Assembly (NCBI RefSeq): GCF_006345805.1
Contig: NW_021825170.1
Location: 1 to 16,351, forward strand
Reading direction: 5' to 3'
Source of the DNA: Octopus sinensis
Lineage: Eukaryota
DNA: 16,351 nt
The position numbers and the translations under genes are program-made. Shown in pieces: positions 7,466 to 16,351 of the stretch. The stretch's first letter is position 1; every line of letters begins with the position of its first letter. Under the pieces are notes generated by a model. It worked only from the letters and a program-made list of their open reading frames with translations. It did not search any database and was not told the origin of the DNA.

Positions 7466-7620
7466 CCACATGGTTTCGGGCAAACGACTTCTATTATAAT
7501 TTGAGACCGACCAAAATCTTGCGAGTGGATTTGGTAGACGGAAACTGAAAGAAACCCGAGTTAAATAGATGTGTATGTGCGTGTGTGCGTGTACTTCGTG
7601 TGTGTGTGTGTGTGTGTGTG
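7465..7620 (+). mobile_element. SINE family B fragment B4 fused to A8, ending in (TG)n
   Basis: CCACATGGTTTCGGG, CCGACCAAA and GAGTGGATTTGGTAGACGGAAACTGAAAGAA match B1/B3. Confidence 0.75.
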
Positions 7621-7855
7621 AGGGGTGAGTATCTATCTCTGGACAGACAAACGCAAGTCAAATAGGCTCCAAGTAAGTTGGTCATTTTGTACGTTCAAAA
7701 GTGTTTATTGTCAAATATCTTGTGTTTAAAAGTTGTGCAACAACATCCACTGCAAACCTTGACTAATATCTACACAAAATTTCGCCCTTTGTGGGCAAAA
7801 TTTTAAAATTTCTCGTAGGCCTCGTGTTGTATTTTAGCCATTTTTATTTTCAAAA

Positions 7856-9855
7856 ATGGCTACTGGTCACCACGAAGGTGAGGCGCAACTGAAGCGTGAC
7901 GCCAAAACAAAGAAACAGGATCCCCTGTCACCATGCGCTGAACTTGACTGTGTGAACACTACTTACACCACCACCACCACCATCAGCATCGACAACAGCA
8001 ACAACTACAAAACAAAGGTCGCACCGCCACCAATGATTCCATCATCAACACCGACACCACCACCATGGCAGCTTCTGGTACTGCAACTGCTACCTCTGCT
8101 AACGACACCACTACCAACAACAATAACAATACCAAGATCACCATCACCGCCACCAAAGACCGTGCCGTCAACACCAATGCCGCCACTACAATATCTGCTA
8201 CTACGACTGCCTCCCTTGCTACTAATACCACCGCCGCCACCAAGAACGACAATAACAACAACAACGACAATTCCCTTCAGCCATTGTTCCCTCCATCACC
8301 AACAAGTGAAGGAGAGAAAGAAATAACCGCGACCATCAAACCAGTTGCCGAAATTTGCGCTAACGCAGGGGACTTTGCCGTTTTCTTTGGTGATTAGGGC
8401 TCTGGAGTCTTTTATCTGCTGTGCAGTAAACGATACTATTGTTTTTTTTTCTTTTACAATTACACATACCACAACACATACTGAATGAGGAAAAAAAGAA
8501 AACGATTATTTATAAAATAACAAACAACACAACTAAAAGTCCAGAAAAAAGCAAACACAGACAAAATAGAAAAATGCCTACGCCCCATCTGGAGATACAA
8601 GGAGTATGTGACTTGGTCGAACAAGTTTGCCCACGTACAGGTGGTTTTTCAGAATGAAGAGTTGGCAAAGCAATTCTGAACGCTAACTCTGCATTCAGAT
8701 GAGCTAACAATGAAACCCAGTTACCTTGGCCAGAGGGTAACAAAGTTCATTATCAATAATATCCCGCAAATAACAAACACACTATGGATAACATCCGCCA
8801 TATGCGTCGAAATGGAGGACATAAACATCCTGGAAATCACTGATTCGAAACACAAGGACTGGGTGGGAAAGAGACTGGAGATTCTCCTCCACATAAGCCA
8901 AGACGACATTAACAAAATTCCCACCCACATACATCTTGCGGATGACCGCAAGTTGTATGTAGTAGTCGAGGGCAGAAGGCCACGCTGCTATACATGCGGC
9001 AGTGAAACACACCTCAAAAAGGAGTGCAAATTTGCCGCGAAACAACGACAACAACAACAGCCGCAGGAAAAACCACAAAAGCCAGCATTATTGCCCACAC
9101 CACAATATGGACGGCTAATCAAGAAGCTATATGCAGAAATGCATGAAAAGCAACAAAGAACGGACCAACCCAACCAAACAACACGACCACCTGCGCCAAG
9201 AACAGAATCATCACCACCAACAACAACTAAACCTATTCCAACACCGAGAACAACAACGAAGAAGACAAGCACCAGGATGTAGGAGAGACAATCACCAAAC
9301 CAAACCCCCCAGCAACAACACCCCACACACACTACAACAATATCTACAACCGCACAAACAGACCCAGATGCTTTGCCCTTACCCCCTTCTGATTCGTCAG
9401 ACTTTTCATCTAACGATGAAAGTTCGACAGAATGGCAAATAACCACCGGGGGTAAAAAAAAAAGATTAAAAAAAAACAAACAAGAAAACGCAACCAAAAC
9501 AGGGAGTTACCTGAACCCTGAAAGCTCCATACACAACCAAACAAGCACCAATACCACAAAAACACACATAATGCTATCAGAGATAGACACCAAAGACTCC
9601 AAACTAATGGAGTACATCACAGCCCACACAAACATCTGTGAAGATGACTTCAAAACTAACAACCATCCACGCACTACACCACCCAAACACATCAAAATAC
9701 TACACATCACACAAACACAACACCACACACTCAAAGCCCTCTTTCCAAATGCGGTTGGGGGGTTCCAAAAATATCTTTCGAAAAAACTCTATAAAAACCT
9801 CATCCAAGACACATCAAAGGACGAGGAAGCCAAAACTTTCGACACAAGTAAGTAA
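7856..9855 (+). pseudogene. Tx1-type LINE ORF1 (nucleic-acid-binding protein), disrupted; about 660 codons when reconstructed
   Basis: ATG in CAAAAATGG context at 7856. The frame-1 pieces 8065-8397, about 8560-9282 and 9283-9855 are collinear, split by in-frame stops TAG 8395, TGA 8677 and TAG 9280, plus frameshifts near 8030, 8445 and 8550. The CX2CX4HX4C knuckle CYTCGSETHLKKEC (8986-9027) is preceded by VVVEGRRPR. The N-terminus and linker are Thr/Asn/Gln/Pro low-complexity sequence. Confidence 0.8.
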
Positions 9856-9905
9856 CTCTCTGTACCTTCCTCTTTGTGTTTTAAAGCACACACCCCAATA
9901 GAATC

Positions 9906-12900
9906 ATGGTCAAGATTGGTTGTGTGAATGCGCGTGGCTTGGGGTCTCCTTGGAAACAAGGATACCTCCTAAATGACATCAAGTCCCACGATTTGGGAAT
10001 CTTAGCCACGGGCCCTAAAGTCCATGTTTGGCGGACAGTTTAACATTTATTTTGCTCCCTGTCTGCCGAGGATGGGCGGTAGTGGCACCGCGGTACTTTT
10101 TCACAGGAGCCTGGATTTCGAAGTCAAGACGATATTCGTAGACCCGGAGGGTAGACTGGTCGTTCTGGATGTCGACGGCAGCAATGGGTGCGCTTTTCGA
10201 CTCGTATCAGTCTACGCACCGCCTTTAACAGGTCGGTCGGATTTCTTTCGACGTCTAGAAGTATTCCTGGGAACGTCTCGTCCTTTACTTTTAGTGGGGG
10301 ATTGGAATGCTACCTTGGACACGCATCTAGACTATGTGGGGAGAGACAAAAACAGAAGGGGATGCAAATGCCTCAGAGACCTGCTCAGACTATTCCAACT
10401 GTCTGACAGGTACCGACTCGACCACCCAAATGCACCAACGTGGACATGGAACAACCGTAGTGGGTCGTCGAGATCGTATCTAGATAGGATACTGTGTAGG
10501 ACAGTAGACAGGGATAAATTCCACACAGTCAGCTACACGGATCACAAATTCGTGACGTGTACGCTAGATTTAGATAAGGCACATAGACAGGGTCCCGGTT
10601 ACTGGAAACTGAATGCATCTTTCCCGTCCAGACAGGTTTTCAGGGACAGAATCAACACGTTAGTAAAAAGGGCTTTAACGGGAGTCATTGTCAACAACAA
10701 ATGGTGGTTCGCCCTCAAGAGAGCAGTAAAAGCGGAAGCAATTAGATATAGCAAGGCACTAGCCGTAGATAGAAATAGAGTAGAGGGAGAGTTAGTTAAG
10801 AAGTTAGAAGAGGCAATAAGAAGCGGCATCACATCCGACGTTTTAGCGGCGAGGTTGGCCCTTGACCAACACTTCAACGCCAAACACGAATGGTGTGCTG
10901 TCAGGGCTAGGATGCGTGCTCTAAGGATGGAAGGTGTTGGAGCCGAGAGGGAGGCCCGGGTGGCGGAGGCGCAGCAGGGCAACAAAGCCACCATTCGGTT
11001 TCTGGTAGATGGACAAGGGCGCGAATTGCTCGAGCCCAGCAAGATGTGCGAGACATTTCAGCGGCACTTTGCCCGACTGTACGGGATGAGTGGCGAGCGT
11101 GAACGCAGGGTGGACTTCAGTGCCTAAATGAACAGCCTACCACAACTCTCGGCAAGAAAGGCAGAGTGCTGCGAAGGTGCCATCACGGCGGCGGATGTGC
11201 GGGACGCGATGGCAGAATGCTCGAGAGACAAATCGCCGGGTTTGGATGGTCTACCCTCCGAGTTTTACAATTGTATGCCAGACTTGATTGGAGACGTCTT
11301 GGCAGCGATATACTGCAACTGGCAGCAAAACGGGAGCATACCCGGTTTTGTGAGTCGAGGAGCCGTAACGCTGCTGAAGAAAGATCCAAACAAGGGGAAC
11401 ATTATAGATAACTTTAGACCAATCACTGCTCAATGCAGACCTGAAAATTTTGACCAAGGTGTTAGCCAAGAGGTTGGCGCTTGTCATCGAGAAACTAGTC
11501 GACAACGCACAAGCGTGCGCCGTGCCGGGCCGGAGCATCCATGACAACCTCCATCTGATGCGCTACATCATAGACAGAGTAGTTAAGGAACCTGTCATGG
11601 GTGGGGCCCTGATCAACTTGGATCAATCGAAAGCCTTCGATAGGGTAGACCATCGATACTTGGAGGCAGTCCTGAGAGCGGCTGGTTTCGGTCCCGTCTT
11701 CCGCTGCTGGATAGCTGCCTTGTACAGAGGCATCCGTTCGGTAATTCGCGTAAATGAACATCTATCGAGACCTTTCGACATTGCATGTTCGGTCTATCAG
11801 GGATGCCCCCTCTCAGCGCTTCTATACGTATTGACTCTCGAGCCACTATTGAGGAAGCTGGCGACTCTGAGGGGCATCCCGCGAGAATTGGGATGCGGGA
11901 TGAGCGTGTCTGTATACGTGGACGACGTCACCGTCATAGTGTCAAACCACGAGCACATCGAGCTGGTCGGCGAGACACTGAAAGACTACGAAGCGGTGAC
12001 AGGAGCAAAAATCAAGCGGGAAAAGTCAGTGGGCTTGCGGCTCGGCACCTGGAGAAGCAAGCCCATGCCGTCCACCAGTGGGACGCTGGACGGACGGCCC
12101 GGTTGAGTTGCTCGGGGTCTGGTTCGGTCCGGACCTCCAAATGGAGAAGAACTGGAACGAGATAATGAGTAGGGTGGTCACTCTCGCCCGGCAATGGGCC
12201 GAGAGGAAACTGTCCCTAAAAGATCGGGCAGAGGTGGCGAACACGTGCATCGCATCCATCATCTACTACCGCCTGACCGTCGTACCTTGTCCTGACCCTA
12301 CCATCACCAAACTAGAACGCATCTTCTTGTGGAAAGGATGCGTCCCGATGGTCAGGCGATCCATTTGCTGTCAACACCCGTTAAAAGGGGGGCTGGGCAT
12401 GCCGTGGTTGATGATGCGCAGACACGCGCTGAGACTGCGACATCTTCGGCTCTATGTAGACGACGGTGAACAGGTGTGGTCGCCGTTTGTGAGGCACGCT
12501 TTCCCGCAGCTCGTCTCCATGACCGAACTTCAGTCGTGGATCAAAAAGAGGCCGAGGAAGGGCGAATGGCACCGCGAGTGTCGCGTTGCTCTCAAGCAAC
12601 TCTGCCGTCCCGGGTCGACCTTGAGTGACTTCAACACAACCAAAGCATTCTGTAGGGGATTAGTGGAGGGGAGGTACGACGACGATCTTGGGGCAAACCT
12701 GGGCGTCGACGAGGAATACCTGACCCGCCTGTTTGAAAAGACTTTCGGTCCGGGACCTATGGACAACTTCCAGAGATCCCTGGCCTGGCAGTGTTACCGA
12801 GAAGCGCTACCCGTTCGGGATAAGCTCTATAGGCATGGCTCGAGAAACACGGGGCCGACCTGCCCAAGATGGGGGCAGAGCGACGAAACCGTTCTGCACG

Positions 12901-13277
12901 CAATCGTGCAGTGTCCAACAGTCTCAGACCTGTGGGCTTATGTCGAACGACTGCTGTCACATGTGGGGACGTGTCGGTTTATCAGCCGAGTCTATCGTTA
13001 ATATCGTCACGCCTCCTTCCTTCAAACGGGAAGGAAGAGCTTTTTTATCATACTTGTGGCTATGGCAAGAATGTATCTGGTGGACGCGCCTGAAAGGATT
13101 AGAGACAAACACTTTCCTCTCTGGTCAATCTCTCATCAACTTCTTCAAGTATCACTTGAAGAGGAAAGTGAGAGTAGAGAGGCAAGTGTTGTCTAGTGAA
13201 TGTTTTAAAAAAGCTGGGTGAATGTAGCAAGGATGGCACGTATGAATGACGAAGCCACCTTGACTATGATCCTATGA
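9906..13277 (+). pseudogene. Tx1-type LINE ORF2 (APE endonuclease - reverse transcriptase - CCHC), disrupted
   Basis: Starts MVKIGCVNARGL (9906). EN motifs VSVYAP, VGDWNA, SYLDRIL and YTDH. RT motifs NFRPIT, LDQSKAFDRV, QGCPLS (11798-11815) and YVDD (11915-11926). C-terminal CPRWGQSDETVLHAIVQC (12861-12914). Disablements: frameshift near 10010, stop at 11125, frameshifts near 11425, 12075, 12968 and 13210, and an apparent compensating pair near 13040-13070. The reconstructed end is WVNVARMARMNDEATLTMIL*. Confidence 0.93.
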
Positions 13278-13586
13278 ACCGTAAAAATTAATACAGAGAG
13301 TTGCTTATTTGTAAAAAAATATAACATTGACCGAGGTTACCGTGGTCTTTTCCGTAGGCTTTTCTTTCCACGAGTAAACCTCACCTGTCCTCCCCTTTAC
13401 ACTTTATATTGACATTTCTGTGATAACGATCCCTATTGATCAATTCCCCCCCCCTTTTTTTGTCCTCTTCCTCTCCTTTTATCCTTTTACGATCCCTTTT
13501 GATCGAAAACCAAACCCCCTTTTTTACCCCCAAAAGAAAAGCTCTACCTTGTAATTTGTCCTGTCTGTGTGCAGCCCTGTGTGGCT

Positions 13587-13592
13587 AATAAA
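13587..13592 (+). terminator. Polyadenylation signal at the LINE 3' end
   Basis: AATAAA follows the pyrimidine-rich 3' UTR; only GAAA follows it, so there is no long poly(A). Confidence 0.7.
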
Positions 13593-13680
13593 GAAACATA
13601 TATATGAACATGTATGTGCATACAAACGCACATGTATACACATGCAAGCACACATGTAATGAGAGACAGACAGGCAGGCT

Positions 13681-13740
<60 letters not shown>
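13681..13740 (+). repeat. (GATA)15 microsatellite
   Basis: Perfect 60-nt run. Confidence 0.98.
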
Positions 13741-13742
<2 letters not shown>

Positions 13743-13939
13743 GTGAGTTAGCGACAGAGTCAGAGAAGGAGAGAGAGGGAGAGGGAGAGGAATAGTGAGA
13801 GAAACTGACGGAAACGGAGAAGGAGGAAACGAGAGAAATGTAGAAACTGGCTTATGGCCTGTTGAAGTGTAGGTGAACGGAAGAGAGTTGAAGAAGTAGA
13901 GGGGGTGGCGTGAGAGATACAGAACAGCGACACCGAAGG

Positions 13940-14087
13940 CATTTTCCTTCTCCTCCTTCTCCTCGGCCTCCTCCTCCTCCCCGTCCTCTTCCTCCTCCTC
14001 CTCTTACTACTACTGCTGCTGCTTCTGCCGCTATTGCTACTACTACTACTACTACTACTACTACCACTACTCTACTGCTGCTGCTGG

Positions 14088-14146
<59 letters not shown>

Positions 14147-14147
14147 G

Positions 14148-14193
<46 letters not shown>

Positions 14194-14216
14194 GTTACTG
14201 CTGCTGCTGCTGGTGG

Positions 14217-14271
<55 letters not shown>

Positions 14272-14682
14272 GTTACTGCTGCTGCTGCTGGTACTACTAC
14301 TACTGCCACCACCACGGCCACCACTACTACTGCTACATAAACAACAACAACACAACAACAACACATCCTCAACAACTATTACTTCTGCTCCTGCTGCCGC
14401 TGCCGCTGCTGCTATTACTCCTGGTGTTACTACTGCTGTCGTTGCTGCTTGCTGCTGGCTGCTGCTGTTGCAGCTAACTGTATTACGTCTCCCCCTCCTC
14501 CCCCAATCCCTATTACTATCCACCCTACCCCCACCCCGCCATCTACTTTTTTTTCCTGTTCCTCTCCCACCATTGTAATGTCTGATGTTCCTGCTACTGC
14601 ACCTCTCTCTTCTTCATCGTACTTCATCGAGGTTTGAACATTGTCGTCATCGTGTGGTGCTGATGACAACGACGAAATTGAA

Positions 14683-14726
<44 letters not shown>

Positions 14727-14892
14727 CGATGATGATGATGATGATGATGATGACGATGACGATGACGATGACGACGGCGACGGCGACGGCGACGACGACG
14801 ATGGCAGTGACGATGATGATGATGATGACGCGAATGAGGAGGAGGTGGTGATGATGATGACGACGATGACGACTACGACGATGATGCTGATG

Positions 14893-14928
<36 letters not shown>

Positions 14929-15270
14929 GTGCTAGTGATGCTGAATGGCTTGGTGGTGGTGGTGGTGGTGATGGTGGTCATGGTGATGGTGCTAATGCTG
15001 TTTGCCTTCAGCTCCGTGGCAGCAGCAGCAGTAGCAGCAGTAGTAGTAGTAGTAGTAGTAGTAGTGTTGGTGCTGGTGGTGGTGGTAGTGGTGATGGTGT
15101 TGAAGGTGGTATTATTATTATCAATATTATTATGATTATTATTAGTAGTGGTAGCAGCAGCAGCTGTAGTAGTAGCCGTGGTGTTACTGTTACTAGTGTT
15201 AGTACCGTATAGGTTGCAGTGGTGGTAGTGTTGCAACTGTGTTGGTTGTAGTGTTGATCCATTCTTCATT
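13940..15270 (+). repeat. Mosaic of trinucleotide microsatellites (CCT, CTA, CTG, CAA, GAC, GAT, GGT, GCA, GTA, ATT)
   Basis: Successive triplet runs; they explain the homopolymeric ORFs in the track. Confidence 0.92.
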
Positions 15271-16110
15271 TTTACCTATTGGGAACTAGCAGTGTTGGTT
15301 TAGTATTTGTGTGGTATAGGTGGTAGTATCGGTCGTGTTGTCGTTATGTTGGTGTGTGGTGGTTATTAGTAGTACTATTAGTATATACCCATGGTGGTGT
15401 GGGTGCTAGTACTTCTGTAATATATATGGGAAGGTAGTAGTTTTAACGTAGTGCTGTTGATATTGATAGTTGTCGTGCCAGAATTGGTAATGTCAGAGTG
15501 ATAGTATTAGTAGTTAGGCAAGCACATAGCGATTGTAGTTTTGGTGCTAGTATATGTATGACGTTGATGATAAGATAGTAGTATTGACGTAGTGTTAATG
15601 ATATTAGCTGAAGCGTTCTTGGTCATGTTAGTGATGGCAATGTTGAATATCTGTGGTATAGGAGATAGTATTAGTACAGTGATATTAGTAGTATGATTGA
15701 TTGCGTGTAGATATAGTAGTATTGGTATTAGTATAGGTGTTGTGTTGGTAGTAGTGTTGGCTCAGTGGTGATGTTAGTGGTGTAGTATTGGCGTGGTGTT
15801 TCTGGCTGTGTTGATCGTGTTGTTATGATGTTGGTAACACTGGCTGTATTGGGTGGTTGTATTGGTGGTAGTTTTGATGTAGAGCGATAGTACTATCGGT
15901 GCTAGTATCAGTGTGCTATAGGCCGCATGTGTGTTGTTGTAGTAGCTATAATGTATCTTATATGGCTATATTGTTGGTATCTGTGGTACAAAGTAGGATT
16001 GGTCGGAAGCGTATTGGTGATAGTGCGAGTGTAATATTGTTAGTTAGTTAGTTAGTTAGGTAGGTAGGTAGGTAGTAGTAGTAGTAGTAGTAGTAGTTGT
16101 TGTTGTTGCC
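15270..16110 (+). repeat. Cryptic G/T-rich, C-poor simple sequence ending in (GTTA)(GGTA)(GTA)(GTT) runs
   Basis: Degenerate GTA/GTT/GGT words throughout; clean runs at about 16040-16108. Confidence 0.8.
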
Positions 16111-16139
16111 GATGCCGGTTTTTGGTAATATTAGTGTCA

Positions 16140-16351
16140 AAGGCAGCAAGTTGGCAGAAACGTTAGCACGCCGGGCGAAATGCTTAGTGGTATTTCGCCT
16201 GCCGTTACGTTCTGATTTCAAATTTTGCCTTTCATCCTTTGGGGTCGATTGAATAAGTACCAGTTACGAAGTGGGGTCCATATAAACGACCTAATCCGTT
16301 TGTCTGTACTTATTTGTCCTCTCTGTGTTTAGCCCCTTCGAGTCACAACAC
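16140..16351 (+). mobile_element. SINE family A, copy A9, with an alternative Tx1-like 3' tail (runs to the window end)
   Basis: The head and core match the other A copies (GTTAGCACGCCGGGCGAAATGCTTAG, TTGCCTTTCATCCTTTGGGGTCGAT). After about 16290 it diverges from them and matches the LINE 3' end. Confidence 0.8.

Larger units (their letters stand above)
7690..13596 (+). mobile_element. Decayed, near-full-length Tx1/L1-group non-LTR retrotransposon (LINE); 5' boundary approximate
   Basis: Two tandem ORFs on + (zinc-knuckle ORF1; APE-RT-CCHC ORF2) separated by a 50-nt spacer (9856-9905). A pyrimidine-rich 3' UTR ends in AATAAAGAAA (13587-13596). Motifs GPGYWKLN, KSPGLDGLPSEFY, QGCPLSALLY and GGLGMP are typical of L1/Tx1-group ORF2. 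No TSD found. Confidence 0.9.

Noticed and set aside
9848-9901. GTAAGT donor over the ORF1 stop plus a pyrimidine tract and AG, suggesting an ORF1-ORF2 fusion intron
   Set aside because: Both available AGs (9886 and 9901) give introns of 39 and 54 nt, multiples of three that keep frame 1, whereas ORF2 starts in frame 3; no fusion results.
10188-12960. Overlapping and antisense ORFs across ORF2 (e.g. 10599-11042 on minus)
   Set aside because: Expected shadows of a GC-rich coding region; no recognisable motifs.
7649-13630. ACAAACGCA at 7649-7657 and 13622-13630 as a LINE target-site duplication
   Set aside because: The right copy is about 25 nt beyond the 3' end and sits in CA-rich simple sequence, so it is probably a chance match.
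13852-15269. Long ORFs of 220-280 aa, including a poly-Asp stretch and a mucin-like minus-strand ORF with an Ile/Val run resembling a TM helix
   Set aside because: Several frames on both strands are open simply because the triplet repeats lack stops, and there is no conserved non-repetitive segment.

Overview
Eukaryotic, repeat-saturated DNA with no recognisable host gene. The SINE and LINE families look like Octopus (coleoid cephalopod) repeats; this is recognition from memory, not a database check. The main feature is an apparently near-full-length but decayed Tx1/L1-group non-LTR retrotransposon on + (about 7690-13596). Its ORF1 (7856-9855) carries a CCHC zinc knuckle, and its ORF2 (9906-13277) has APE endonuclease, RT and a C-terminal CCHC motif; both contain several stops and frameshifts. 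Bases 1-7.6 kb are a nest of nine features of interest plus microsatellites: two tRNA-headed SINE families (A and B), three diverged 3' ends of R4/Dong-type retrotransposons on the minus strand (absent from the ORF track), two unclassified retroposon families, and TGCA-rich G/T-skewed islands. Bases 13.6-16.1 kb are a microsatellite mosaic followed by one more SINE A copy. The most interesting signals are: (1) the Tx1 3' end is shared with a SINE A variant and an orphan fragment, suggesting a Tx1-SINE partnership and tail swapping; (2) a recurring SINE(+)-(ATT)n-R4/Dong(-)-(ATT)n-SINE(+) architecture; (3) short terminal hairpins with compensatory stem changes in both systems; (4) an unexplained C-terminal domain in ORF1; (5) TGCA-enriched islands. 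All family names and alignments were done by eye.
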